Positions 14,373-27,489 of a stretch of DNA of 64,000 nt are shown piece by piece. Positions within the stretch are counted from its first letter, which is position 1. Each line of letters begins with the position of its first letter. The notes beneath the pieces were generated by a model. It worked only from the letters and a program-made list of their open reading frames with translations, was not told where the DNA came from and did not search any database. Position numbers and translations under genes: made by a program. The DNA comes from Eledone cirrhosa (taxonomy: Eukaryota): assembly GCA_964016885.1 (NCBI GenBank), contig OZ024746.1, positions 20,212,001 to 20,276,000 of the forward strand, given 5' to 3'.

Positions 14373-15938
14373 TAGATCTGCTTGATCGGAGTTAAGCTGG
14401 AGATAAGCAACAACAATAACAACATGTAAATTTAACAATTTAGAAAATGGCATTCTCCTTTCTTCCAATAGGTAGATCTTCAAACCTAAATTGACGTATT
14501 ATCTAATATTTAAGAATCAGTAAAAACAAAATGTACGACAACTGTCCAAGTATCGGCCTATCTCTGATAGGTTTGTGGTTTTTCCTGTGGCAGTGGAGAC
14601 TTCCGGCGTTCTTAGCCCCCGGACCACCTCTCTGCCATCGGAACTGAGCTGGCTACCCGCAAGTGCGAGCCCCACGAGGTGAAGTGGTTGTTCCAACGCG
14701 TCTCCCTTACAATTCTCTCTATCCTGTCAGTCGGAATCACTAGGTGGATTGACCCTTAAATATCATTTACGGCGCTGACATGTGGAATAAAGTTCTCTCA
14801 CTTTGTTAGGTTATGTATTACCTATCTTATTAATCCGAATAATCTATACTGAATGTGAAAGACGGAGGACTTCGTGTCACCGAAGTGAAATGTGTACAGT
14901 AAATTTCTCTTGCAGAACCCACAAATAACAGTATTATTATGCCATGATTAACCACCTTGTTGGCTAACAAGCTTAAAACTAAACAAATTAACTTGTATCT
15001 TATTGTTGTTGAATTTTTGTTTTGTTTTGTTTTGTTTTTATATAGTTTTAGTAAACTTCTTCAAAATTGTTTGCTTTAACCATGTTTAGTGATGTAATTC
15101 ATTCGTAATTTATAAATTCAGACGCTCATCTCACATTGCCTGCGAATGCAACATACGCTATAGTCTTGCTTAAACAGGTGGCAATGTATTCATTATCTCA
15201 ATAACAGACAAATACGTTTTCAAGGTAAAGCCTTGAACTACCTGCTAAAAAACGTCAACTTCATAACATGTCAATTAAATAAGCAGTCTTTTGTAATTTC
15301 TTGAACTTTCTTATTATCATGTTAATTATTAACATAGCCAGCCCACTGATCTTCATAGTATTTTGCTTACCTGAATAACAATAGCGAAATGATCTGCTTC
15401 TGCTGGGCAGGTGAGAAAGTTTCAAGACTTCTATTAATTCACCTCATACATGAACCTTACTTATTATAAAGCTCCCCCCCTCCCCGTCTCTCTCTCTCTC
15501 TCTCTCCCTCTCTCTCTCCCTCTCTCTCTCTTTCCCATACCTTTTAACATAAATCAACACAATACAGTAAGTTGTAATAAGTTTAAAGTAATGATGTAGA
15601 ACTTTGTTGTCAATTAACTGTAAATTGTCCTTGGCAGTGGTGTCTTTAAGTCTTTAAGGTTCATGTTCAATATACTCAGTGACCAATATTCTTCCATTTT
15701 TGACGACGGCTAAGAGGTGTGGAGAACGTTGCAACTACGACACGATTTCAATTTCAGGTTGAAGCAATGTTCTTCAGTTATACTGTGACGTGGGAAAAAT
15801 ATCAATGTCAACCTTGCTTGCCACTTCCCCCCCCCCCTAAAATATCAGGTCACGGTAACTTATTTAAATAGACAGAAACTAACTTTACATTTTCTATGAG
15901 GCTGGCTGTCTTTCAACCGAGTTATATATATATGTATG

Positions 15939-16006
<68 letters not shown>

Positions 16007-16010
16007 TATA

Positions 16011-16142
16011 TAAACGGAAAAAATGAAACGAAATTTCATTTCCCACTCTTAGTACAGCTGTTACTTAAATATAAGTATGTACACGTACATACATATATGT
16101 ATACAGACGTACAGTAGTATGTATATATATATACATACATGA

Positions 16143-16194
<52 letters not shown>

Positions 16195-16505
16195 GTATGG
16201 ATTCACCGAACATTTATTATAATGCTCGGTGTGTTTGTAAACAAACATCCCGTATTAAGCCGTAGTGTCCAGCAACCATCGTTGCTCGTTTGTTCAACAC
16301 TGACAAAGGAACGCTATACTAGTTTCAAGCTTATTAGCTATCGTCAGCAACGTATACCTTCCTGCCAGATTGTTGAACGTATATACTTACCTTATGCATA
16401 TTAACGGCTGAGTAGCCCAATTTGCATATCGAGTGGGTTAATCGGCCGGGCGCACCGAAAACGATAAACGGAAAAAATGAAACGAAATTTCATTTCCCAC
16501 TCTTA

Positions 16506-16508
<3 letters not shown>
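16011..16508 (-). mobile_element. Non-autonomous hammerhead-containing repeat (retrozyme-like or PLE-derived) with 44-bp direct terminal repeats, in (TA)n
   Basis: TAAACGGAAAAAATGAAACGAAATTTCATTTCCCACTCTTAGTA at 16011 and 16465 (period 454). Internal hammerhead. Homologous copy at about 25060-25398. Confidence 0.7.
16311..16353 (-). ncRNA. Minimal type I hammerhead ribozyme
   Basis: Minus strand: ACGTTG-CTGACGA-T-AGC-TAATAA-GCT-T-GAAAC-TA-GTA^-TAGCGT. Stem I is 6 bp with 2 GU pairs; ACTAGT stem III is palindromic. Confidence 0.8.
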
Positions 16509-16542
<34 letters not shown>

Positions 16543-16545
<3 letters not shown>

Positions 16546-16618
16546 GGTATCCCCAAAAATGTATACACACTTTTATTAGAATGTTGTTGAAGTGTGTATA
16601 CATTTTTGGGACACCCTG
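16543..16618. mobile_element. 76-bp Tc1/mariner-type MITE
   Basis: TA|CAGGGTATCCCCAAAAATGTATACACACTT ... AAGTGTGTATACATTTTTGGGACACCCTG|TA. Confidence 0.8.
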
Positions 16619-17172
16619 TATACATATATATATATGTATAACACGGCCCACGGCAAAGGAAAGGGTGCTATAATACCCAGAATTCCACTTACATTAACAG
16701 ATGTGTCCTTTCAATTTACATACTTCATTTTCAAATATATCATCATCATTATCTATAAAAGGCAGATTGTTGTTGTTGTGTGTGTGCCCATGTTCCATGT
16801 TTATACATTTTCACAATTTCAAACCGATTCGACTCAAAGTCTGTAAGAATGTTGTAAATGGTCTAACTTAGGTCAACGACTATTTATTTATTTCAACCTC
16901 ACCCACAATTATGGAAATAATCGATAAAACTAAATACATGACGCTTTACCCCTCTAATACAATCTGATTTGCTCTACCTAACTCCCATACATACTGCAGC
17001 CTTCTCTTATATACGCTTATAAACCCACTCCTTAATAATTTCCTTTAGAGAGAGAGAAAAAAATAAAGGAGGTAGCCAGAGAGACAGAGACAAATACATG
17101 ACGCTTACATCTCTTATATACTCTTATAAACCCACTCCTTAATAATTTCACACAATTACATTTTGTGTATAA

Positions 17173-17811
17173 CATATTTACACGTTTACTGAGTGAAAAA
17201 AAAACCACATAGGGATTTTTGGCCAAACAACTTCACATTGCTGCATATTTACACGTTTATTGAGTGGAAAAAAAAACACATAGGGATTTTTGGCCAAACA
17301 ACTTCACATTGCTGCATATTTACACGTTTATTGAGTGAAAAAAAAACCACATAGGGATTTTTGGCCAAACAGCTTCACATTGCTGCATATTTACACGTTT
17401 ATTGAGTGGAAAAAAAACCACATAGGGATTTTTGGCCAAACAACTTCACATTGCTGCATATTTACACGTTTATTGAGTGAAAAAAAAACCACATAGGGAT
17501 TTTTGGCCAAACAACTTCACATTGCTGCATATTTACACGTTTATTGAGTGGAAAAAAAACCACATAGGGATTTTTGGCCAAACAACTTCACATTGCTGCA
17601 TATTTACACGTTTATTGAGTGAAAAAAAAACCACATAGGGATTTTTGGCCAAACAACTTCACATTGCTGCATATTTACACGTTTATTGAGTGGAAAAAAA
17701 ACCACATAGGGATTTTTGGCCAAACAACTTCACATTGCTGCATATTTACACGTTTATTGAGTGAAAAAAAAACCACATAGGGATTTTTGGCCAAACAATT
17801 TCACATTGCTG
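17173..17811. repeat. 71-bp tandem array (9 copies, plus one detached copy near 18010-18081) in the Helitron 5' region
   Basis: Unit CATATTTACACGTTTATTGAGTG(G/A)A8CCACATAGGGATTTTTGGCCAAACAACTTCACATTGCTG starts at 17173, 17244, 17315, 17386, 17457, 17528, 17599, 17670 and 17741. Confidence 0.95.
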
Positions 17812-18229
17812 ACAGAAGCGCGCTTTAAACAAACTGTGAGTTATTTATTTACCTCTGTAAGAATGTTGTAAATGGTCTAACTTAGGTCAACGACTATTTA
17901 TTTATTTCAAAATCACCCACAATTACGGAAATAATTTCCTCTCTCTACTCCACATAAAAATCGAAAAAAAAAAAATACATGCTCACACACAATTACATTT
18001 TGTGTATAACATATTTACACGTTTATTGAGTGAAAAAAAAAACAAATAGGGATTTTTGGCCAAACAACTTCAAATTGCTGACAAGCGCGCTTTCAACAAA
18101 CTGTGAGTTATTTATTTACCGTTCGTTCTCCCATTTTTCCCCCTGCGGAACGCAGACAGTTTTCAGCCTTATACTTTCAAAGGCAATTTTGCTGTAGAAG
18201 TAACTTTCACCCTTTCTTTTTCACATAAA

Positions 18230-21200
18230 ATGCCACCTAAAAAGAGAAGTCATCTCGGTCGCCATACCGCGTCAGCGGCGGCGCAGAGGGCGATTACAGC
18301 AAACGAGCCGCCCGAGGAGACTGCTTTAAGACTTTTACAGAGCGCCTCACGTTCAGCGGAATGCAGAGCTGCTGAAAGTTTTCAACAACGCACCGCAGGC
18401 CTAGCCAAGATGGCTTCATACGACGCCTCGAGACGTGCTGCGATGTCCGATTCGGAGCAGGCGATACGTCATTCCAAAAAAAAAACGCTTCTACTGCTAC
18501 TTCCAGGGCTTCAGAGGGCCCGGAACAAAGGTCGACTCGCCTGAATAGAAACGCTGCTGCTACTGCTGCTTCTAGGGCTTCAGAGGGACCGGAACAAAGG
18601 GCGGCTCGACTGAATAGAAACGCTGCGGCTACTGCTGCTTCGAGGGCTTTGGAAGGTTTGGAACGGCGGACGAATCGCTTTGCTAGGAACGCTGCGGCTA
18701 TGACTGCTTCCATGGCTTCTGAAGATGCAGACGGGCGCTCCATTAGGATTGCAAGGGTGGCTTCTGCTACTGCTGCGAGAGCTTCCCACGACCCACAGGA
18801 GCAACATTCTACGTTGGAGCGGAACAGTCGACGACAAGAAGCTGCCCGCAGTGTGACGAGCCCCGACAGCCCATACTGGCACCTACGGGCTTTCAAGTAT
18901 GAGCCCAACGTTAACTACTCGATGCGTGCCGACATAAATATAGGAGAAATGCGCTTCAATTGAAAATTCTGCAATGCTAAAAAGTGGGCTGGGGAGCCAC
19001 CTACAATGTGCTGCTTAAATGGTAAGGTCAGCTTGCTCCCTCTTGGGGAACCACCAGAGCCTTTGAAGGAACTACTTACTGGTTCTACCTCAAGGTCATC
19101 CAAATTCCTTCAACTCATCAGGAAGTACAATTGTGCGTTTCAAATGACTTCTTTCGGGGCTAACGTTGTCAGAGAAAGTGGTTGGATGCCTACTTTCAAG
19201 GTCCAGGGGCAGGTGTACCATCTTATTGGGTCGCTCCAGCCACTACAAAATTGCAAGCCTTCGTTCCTTCAAATTTACTTCATTTCTAACTACAGTAGGC
19301 AAGTTGATGCGCGGTTCGGCGTTATTCCAACACCTGCAAACACTGACGCTGACACTTTTGAAAGGGACGTGCTGCTCGGTCGGTCTTCAAAACATGCTTC
19401 ATGAGCACAACAGTTATATTCGCACTTTCAAATACGCATTGGAAACAAATCCTTCACCAAACTTCCCCATTGTCATCGACGCTGACAAAAGACCTTCTGG
19501 GGAGCACGCACGCCGTTATAACGCTCCTTCGTGCAATGAAGTGGCCGTAGTTATCCATCGTGAACAGCACAATAAGCGAGACATAGTTCTTCAAAGTTGT
19601 GACAGTGGTCTTCGACGTATTAATGAGACGCATCGTTCATACGACGCCCTGCAGTATCCCCTTCTTTTTGCATACGGAGAAGACGGCTACCATTTCGGCA
19701 TTCCTCAGTGCAAACCAAACGAGCCCACTGCTGCGACATCTAAAACTGTTTCATGCATGGCTTTATACTCATACCGCTTCATGACGAGGCCTAACGATGT
19801 CAGCACCCTGCACAGGTCACGGGAACTGTTTCACCAGTTTGCAGTTGACATGGCTGCAAAGATGGAGTCGGAGAGACTGTGCTTCATCAAATTGAATCAG
19901 AAGCAGCTGCGCTCAGACTCCTACATCCATTTGCGTGACGGCATCAGGAATGACACTGACCCCCGGAACATAGGCAAAATGTGCATTCTCCCCTCAACCT
20001 ATACGGGGGGGGTCGCGGTACATGCACGAGCGAACACAGGACGCTATGACGTTCGTTCGGCATTATGGGCGCCCCGATTTATTCAGCACGTTTACGTGTA
20101 ACCCCAAGTGTGTCGAGGTTACGCGGGAACTTCTCCCAGGGCAGCAGTATTGCCATCGCCATGATATTATTGCCAGGGTTTTCAAGCAGAAGCTAGCTAA
20201 GCTAATTGATCTAATAAAAAAAGGGAAGGTTTTCGGGTCTGTTAGGTGCCACATGTATACTGTTGAGTGGCAGAAGAGAGGGTTGCGCACGCGCACATTT
20301 TGGTTTGGTTGGTCACCAAAATAGACCCTACAGTTATAGATGACGTCATCGCAGCGGAAATACCGGACCCCGTTGTTAACCGGCAGCTGTACGACATTGT
20401 GAAGGCACACATGGTGCACGGTCCGTGCGGTCCCAGTTTTCAAGAGTTCTCTTCATGCCACAAGGACCATGTGTGCACTAAACGATACCCAAAGAGGTTT
20501 GTTGAGGAGACCCAGACCGGAGGCGACGGATACCCACTGTACAGACGAAGGCGGCCTGAGAACGGTGGATTCACTATGACGTTACGGGGTCTTCAAGTTG
20601 ATAATAGGTGGGTGGTCCCGTACTGTCCATTTCTGATGAAAACTTTCAACGCTCATATAAATGTGGAGTTCTGTCATTCAGTGAAGTCAATAAAGTACAT
20701 ATGTAAATATGTTAACAAGGGTTCCGACGCTGCCATGTTCGGCCTTCAAAACGACAATAGCAGGGACGAGGTCTCAGAGTACTTGGCAGGTCGATATATC
20801 AGCAGTGGTGAAGCTTTTTGGCAGATATTCGGGTTTCCACTTCACCAAAGGCACCCCGCCATCATACAACTAGCGGTTCATTTGGAAAACGGCCAGCGGG
20901 CTTACTTTACTGAACAGACTGCTGCTCATTTGACGGCCAATCCTAAAGAAACAACTTTGACTGTTTTTTTTTACGCTTTGCCAACTTGACACATTTGCAA
21001 AAACACTTTCATATCCTCAGGTCCCGTCCTACTACGTGTGGTCAAACAACACTTGGGTGCGTAGGAAGTCAGGTCAGGTCAGGATGTTGAAGGTGTCAAG
21101 TTTGACAGTTGTCTAGGAAGAGTGTACACTGTACCTCCCAACCAGCATGAGTATTTCACCTGCGCCTTCTCCTCCATGAGGTTTTTGGCCCACAAAGCTT

Positions 21201-23010
21201 TCGAGACATAAGAACTGTTGACGGTGAATTATGTGATACTTTCCGGGAAGCCTGCTTTAGGCGTGGCCTTTTAGAGGATGATTCACAATGGGGCGCCACT
21301 ATTGCAGAGGGCGTTTTGTTGAAACCTCCTAAAAGACTAAGATCGCTTTTCGCTATTCTACTCCTATGGTGCGACTTGGGTGATCCGGCCTCTTTATGGC
21401 TTAGCTACAAAGATTACGTGTCTGAAGAATTCCTGCGTCACGCTCAGTTGCTAAACCCATCGATGGAGGTCGGGTACAGTGACCTCATTTACAACAGGGC
21501 ACTGCTTGAAATCGAATATACTGTTCTCGATATGGGTGGTAGTGCGTTGGCGGTGTATGGCCTACCTTCAACAAACCGGGAAGGTGCAAACACTCTGTCT
21601 TCGGATTTGCTGCGTGAGACATCTTATAATGTTGACGAGCTTGCCCAGTACATAGCGGAGAATGAGCCAAAGCTCCTTCCAGAACAGAAATTCGCTTACA
21701 ATTCCGTTGTTAATTCTATCCGGGGCAAGCTGGGGGGACTGGGAAAACTTTTGTCACCAAATTAATATTAGCTGAGATTAGGCGAACAGAAGGCATTGCC
21801 TTAGCTGTGGCATCATCTGGAATTGCGGCTACTTTGTTGCTGGGCGGCAGGACAGCTCACTCCTATTTCAAGCTCCCGCTTGACTTAGCGAAGACTGAGA
21901 CACCCACTTGCAACATCAGTAAGAGCTCCGATCAGGCAGAAGTGTTCAGACGATGCAAGCTTATCGTTTGGGACGAATGCACGATGGCCCACAGAGGTGC
22001 TCTTGAGGCGCTCGATAGAACTCTGAGAGACATCAAAGACTCTACGGCTCCAATGGGAGGCATAACACTTCTTCTTTCAGGGGACTTCAGGAAAACGCTT
22101 CACGTTATTCCCAAGGGGACTAGAGCTGATGCAGTACGTGCGTGTCTTAAGTCATCCGCATTGTGGCCCCTTGGTGAAGACTCTGAAACTTCACACTAAC
22201 ATGCGTGCTCATATGCGAGGTGATATCACATCAGCAGCATTTTCTCACACCCTCCTTGCACTTGGCGAAGGCAAAACGCCCGGGGATGAAAAAGGTAATA
22301 TTGCCATCGACTCACTTTGTACCGTTGTTAGTACGCCTTCTGATCTCAGGGATGCAGTGTTCCCAGATCTCCAAGCAAATTATCAGAATATGGATTGGCT
22401 TGCCCAAAGGGCTATTCTGGCTCCGAGGAATAAAACTGTTAACCATATTAATGATCAAATGCTAAAACTCATTCCTGGGGATGGCTACGTATACAAGTCT
22501 ATCGATAGAACTCCTGACCCCGAGGACGTCATCAACTATCCAATAGAGGTACTAAATTCCTTTGAGCCCCCCGGATTACCCCCACACATTTTGAAACTTA
22601 AAGTTGGTGCCCCTATAATGCTCATTTGAAATTTGGTTCCGCCGAAACAATGCAATAGCACACGTTTGGTCGTTAAGTCCTTATCTCCCAATCTGATTGA
22701 GGCCACGATAATCACAGGGTGCGGTCGGGGCAAGGTTGTACTCATACCGAGGATGCATCTTTTCCCATCAGGAGCAGACCTACCTTTCACATTTCGAAGG
22801 TCCCAGTTCCCGGTCAGGCCATGCTTCGCAATGTCAATTAACAAAGCGCAGGGAAAAACACTGTCTGTCGCGGGAATACATTTGGGGGAGCCGTGTTTCT
22901 CTCATGGTCAGCTTTACGTTGGCTGCTCGCGTGTCGGCAGCAAGAGTGATGATTTCGCGTTCGTTCCGCAAGGAAAAACAAAAAACATTGTGTACAAGGA
23001 GGTTTTATAG
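18230..23010 (+). pseudogene. Helitron Rep/PIF1-family helicase, multiply frameshifted
   Basis: Zn-finger region (FCNAKKW..CCLNGKV), YNCAFQMTS, YDALQYPLLF. Rep motifs PDLFSTFTCNP, VEWQKRG/HAHIL (HUH) and KYICKYVNKG. Helicase motifs GGTGKT, IVWDE, GDFR, QFPVRPCFAMSINKAQG and HGQLYVGCSRV; ends KNIVYKEVL*. Confidence 0.93.
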
Positions 23011-23829
23011 GACTACCTGGATTCCTAATTTTATAACTTCCTTTATTTTTTTATTTTTTGCCTTTTCGTGAGTACTTTCTAAGTAGGTTAACCTTCACTG
23101 CAGTGCACTGGACACTCCCCACCATCTGCCGTACAAAGGCTGATTCTCGCGGCGTTACAAAGCTTCATTGCAACTCCGACCCTACTCAAATATCAGCTGT
23201 TGCTCCTCACCAACCCCCGTTTGGTGGGCCTCGGAGGACCGTGGACAGGTTAGTATTTCACCTCCGTACGACTCTCAAAGGGTCAACAATGCTTTAATGA
23301 CGGGATTTACATTTTTAGGCGGTTCCCTGCAATTACTTCACACTTCACCAACACCTGGCCTCCGCTCAGCTCTATTTCCCTCCCTCCGTCGGCACAGCAG
23401 CAGGCTCATCTTCTACGTCCGACGTACATGATGCACCAACCATACAATGACGCCTCTTCCTCTTTTTTGGTTGTCATAATTCGACAATGTTTTCAGGTCC
23501 CTGTTTGCGGTTCTCTCAATCCACCCCTCCCCCGTTAAAACATGTCATGCAGAACAACTCCATCGCAGCTCTGTTGTTCGGCTGGCATCGTCTACGCGCG
23601 TGTTGCGCAATGACTGTGAAACAATAAATTTGAGCACTTCTTTGCACAGAGATAATATCAATAGGCGAAACTACAATTGTCACTGCTGGCGCAGCTCCTG
23701 CTTCGGCAGTCCAGGTCTGCAATTCATTCACCCAGTGCCTGGCAGACAAAAAGGTGCTGCCATAAAATGGGTGGTGCAACCTAACTTTGGTAACTTACTG
23801 ACCCCGAGCAACGCCGGGCTTTAATGCTA

Positions 23830-23876
<47 letters not shown>

Positions 23877-24089
23877 TGTATATATACATATATATATATA
23901 TATATACATATATATATCCAAAATTAAATTAAAGGTGTCATGTCCGAGACATGCGCCATATCCACCGTAGAATAAGTTCAAAGATTCCAATGAATAGATC
24001 CGACCATTTAAATATCAACTAGAAATTGATTGACATATATATATATATATAGAGAAAATAAACACATGAAACAATCACAAGGGATAATT

Positions 24090-24177
<88 letters not shown>

Positions 24178-24327
24178 CACACAGTATGTTCGCTTTATAC
24201 GCAAACTTGAAATGAGTTGTGAAGTCACGGATGCAGAGTTGTAGCGGTCATTGCCTTTCCCTTGGACAACATTAGTGAGGTGGAGAGGAGGAGGTTGGTA
24301 TTCAAGTGTGATTGCATATATATATGT

Positions 24328-24443
<116 letters not shown>

Positions 24444-24599
24444 ATATACCTCTCAAAGGCGATGACACACGACCGTGACCTCTGGCGTCACGCAGTAATA
24501 CAGGGTACCCGACCTCCCATGGGTACAAGCTGAAGCATATAGACAATATGCCCCCACACCCCCCACCGCAAGGTGGTCGTGGAGGTGCCACGGCAAAAA

Positions 24600-24815
24600 A
24601 GCACCCAGCCCACACTGTAAAGTGGACGTGTAGGCGCCACGAAAAAGCACCCAGCACTCACTGTAAATGAGGTTGGTGTTAGGAAGGGCATCCAGCTGTA
24701 GAATCAAGCCAAATCAGTTCCTGTATGAGCAAGGCATGGTCAGCCGACCAGACACTGCCCACAACAGGACAACCCGTCTAACCCATGCTATCGTGGAAGA
24801 ACGGACGTAAAACGG

Positions 24816-24848
<33 letters not shown>
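24600..24848 (+). mobile_element. Retroposon 3' portion ending in (GAT)n
   Basis: GTTAGGAAGGGCATCCAGCTGTAGAA..AACCCATGCTATCGTGGAAGAACGGACGTAAAACGGTGATGATG resembles an RTE-derived SINE tail (from recall). Confidence 0.55.
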
Positions 24849-24895
<47 letters not shown>

Positions 24896-24912
24896 AATTT
24901 TATAGAAGGAGC

Positions 24913-24957
24913 TTCTACAGGACTAGTACTATTTCATTCAGATGAAATCTTCAGGAA
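24913..24957 (-). ncRNA. Type I hammerhead ribozyme (family shared with 45536-45582)
   Basis: Minus strand: TTC-CTGAAGA-T-TTC-ATCT-GAA-T-GAA-ATAG-TACTAGTC-CTGT-A^-GAA. Confidence 0.65.
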
Positions 24958-25029
24958 AAAAATTTTACTCTGCCATGTATTGAGTACCTTACTTACTGTG
25001 GTTATCCCCGACTCAACCCGGGACCTACG

Positions 25030-25061
<32 letters not shown>

Positions 25062-25278
25062 AGTATGTATGTATGTATACGTTCATAAATATATGTATAC
25101 AGACGTACAGTAGTATGTATATATATATACATACATGCACACATATATACATGCACGTATCGGTTTACCGAACATTTATTAGAATGCTCGGCTTGTTTGT
25201 AAACAAACTAACAGCCCGAATTACGCCGTACAGTGTTTAGGCAACCACGTCACCTTTTTGTTCAAAACTGATACAGGA

Positions 25279-25321
25279 ACGATGTACTAATTTCAAGCTT
25301 ATTAGCTATCGTCAGCATCGT
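25279..25321 (-). ncRNA. Minimal type I hammerhead ribozyme (paralogue of 16311-16353)
   Basis: Minus strand: ACGATG-CTGACGA-T-AGC-TAATAA-GCT-T-GAAAT-TA-GTA^-CATCGT, with a perfect 6-bp stem I. Confidence 0.78.
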
Positions 25322-25393
25322 ATACCTTCCTGCCAGATGGTAAGTAACTGCCGTACTAAGAGTGAGAAATGAAATTTCGTTTCATTCTATTCC

Positions 25394-25433
<40 letters not shown>

Positions 25434-26159
25434 ATAAACGTGCTGCGTGGTTGCAAATGGGTTACATATGAATAAAGTGGTCCTTCATCAGTGATCTTCC
25501 AACCATCACAGGTATTTCTTCGCTTTAAAGACCATATGCCTCCGGTTGGTGCGAGCAACGGCTAAAAAAAGTCGTTGGGACACGTAAATAAACAAACAGC
25601 GAGAGTGTAAACAAACAAAGATGGTGAAGCAACGAAAAATGAGGAAGAACGAGTCAAGTCCCAAATTTCCATGAATATAAGTTCGGTGAAATCGTGAACG
25701 AGAGAGAATAAAGACCATCAAACCTGATATGTATATATATATATATGCCTTACATTGCAAAGCTTAGGCGTATTTGAAAATGAAGTATGTAAATTGAAAG
25801 GACACATCTGTTAATGTAACTGGAATTCTGGGTATTATAGCATCCTTTCCTTTGGTGTGGGCGTGCTATAGCACCCTTTGGTCTGGGTCTTATAGCAGTC
25901 TTTCCTGAAGGTGTGTGGCTTAGTGGTTAGAGAATTAGATTCGCAATTGTGATCTTGCAAATTCGATTTCCGAGCCAGGTGGTGCGTTATATCCTACTCT
26001 ATTTCACGTTGCTCTTTCTGTCGGGAGTTACTTCTGGTAGATAGTATCAGTAATGGAAAGATCAATGGAAACATTGTTTCCTTGCTCCCATTTAACTAGT
26101 TCCATCCTACTCGGTAAGTGAATGAGGTCTGGGATCATGTAGATCGATTCCTTCCTTCC

Positions 26160-26250
26160 TGTGGTGTACTCAGTGAGAATAATCATCTCGGTGACACGGA
26201 ACATAAGCTTTTTAACCATTAGTCGTGTGCCATTGCATAGCCATAGCTGA
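26160..26250 (-). pseudogene. Old Helitron/PIF1 helicase fragment
   Basis: LCNGTRLMVKKL..VTEMIILT matches the PIF1 LCNGTRL motif. Confidence 0.6.
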
Positions 26251-26431
26251 TCTGAAATGCAAGTCAAAGGATTTCAATTGAAATCACGAGGGACTATTCA
26301 GCAAAAGTCCATCCCTGGTCTGCCAGAGTTGTATAAAATATTTCAGGGAAAGATTTTTATAAAGAAAAAAAAAAGGAAGTTTGAAGAAGCTACAAGAACG
26401 TTGATGTAGAATGAAATTATGACTGTCAGGT

Positions 26432-26729
26432 GTTTCAAAAATGCCCTAGAAATGCTGTATGTCAACACGGCACCCTCACGACTCCTTTATGAGTTACCGG
26501 ACCATGCAATCGATCTCTATCTTCTCTTTCTTTACATGTCCATACATTTTGTCAATCAAATTAGACATTTTTATAATGATTTAGAAATTAAAATGTTTAA
26601 TTTGATTGACAAAATGTATGAAAATGTAAACAAAAAGAAGATAGGGATCGCATGTATGGCCCGGTAACCCCTGAAAGAGTCGTGAGGGTGCCGTATTGAT
26701 ATACAGCATTTCTAGGGCATTTTTAAAAC
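26432..26729. repeat. Imperfect fold-back with about 140-bp arms, made from the SINE-B tail
   Basis: AAAAATGCCCTAGAAATGCTGTAT..TTTTGTCAATCAAATTA versus TAATTTGATTGACAAAA..ATACAGCATTTCTAGGGCATTTTT. Confidence 0.8.
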
Positions 26730-26916
26730 TGGCGGAGCACATCCCCTCTCCATGTCTGAATGCAGCAGATTTCTTCCAGGGAGCGATAGAACGTGAGAGA
26801 AAGGAAGTGAGAAAGAGATATAGAGGAAGAATCGACCTTAGTACTAGACTAGTACTTTTTTTAGATCTCCTCACAAACGTATATTTACTCGGCAAGTTGT
26901 CTAAACTAGAAAATAT

Positions 26917-27451
26917 TGCCAAATATATAAGAAAAGAGGAAGAGATTATACGCTGAGATTGTGTATCAACAAAGGGTAGAGTTGAAAATGCCTAAAGAAA
27001 GCGTTCTGTATGAAACTGTGAGGACGGTCTCAGTGGGTTGAGATTTTCCCACACATTATATTTAAACTGTGAGATTGTATTTGTGTGTATACACTTCTCA
27101 TTCTTCAAGTTACAACACGTATAGAATAATAGTCTTGTTCTGTTGATGACAACCTGTGTAGAATGTTTTGTTTGCTGTTGACAGCCTATATATCATAAAG
27201 TGATCTGTACTTCAAGAGGTATTATATGTAAGGTGAATCTAAGTTATATGGACGACAAGCATGTACGGAAGATCTATGTTGTGACTAACAGGTAGTATGG
27301 ACCCTCTGTATTACAGCTATCAGCAATTAGCAATTAGATACTCATGTTGATATAGAAGCATACTAATCGCGGATTGTTTGAGAATTCAATTAATTTAATT
27401 CAGTTGCCTAGTAGATCTACAGGTGTGAGTCCTTATCACTGGTATACTACA
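26917..27451. mobile_element. Possible solo LTR
   Basis: AATAT|TG ... CTACA|AATAT gives TG..CA ends with a 5-bp TSD. The terminal inverted repeat is weak and the TSD is low-complexity. Confidence 0.35.
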
Positions 27452-27489
27452 AATATAGTCCACCCTTCATTAAGAAAGTAGATGCACAT

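Larger units (their letters stand above)
16752..23830 (+). mobile_element. Full-length Helitron (canonical Helitron1-type ends), coding region inactivated
   Basis: 5' A|TCTATAAAAGG. 3' hairpin CCCGAGC-AAC-GCCGGG (about 23803-23818), then CTAG|T at 23827-23831. Encloses a Rep-helicase pseudogene. The 5' end is less certain than the 3' end. Confidence 0.88.

Noticed and set aside
14560-14780. Locally GC-rich unique segment (also 47240-47460)
   Set aside because: No ORF, terminal repeats or second copy in the window to support any call.
17173-17811. CRISPR-like appearance of the 71-bp, 67-bp and 100-bp arrays
   Set aside because: Units are contiguous with no unique spacers, there are no cas genes, and the context is eukaryotic.
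18294-18908. 204-aa minus-strand ORF in the Helitron
   Set aside because: Antisense shadow of the GCT-rich 69-nt repeats on the plus strand.
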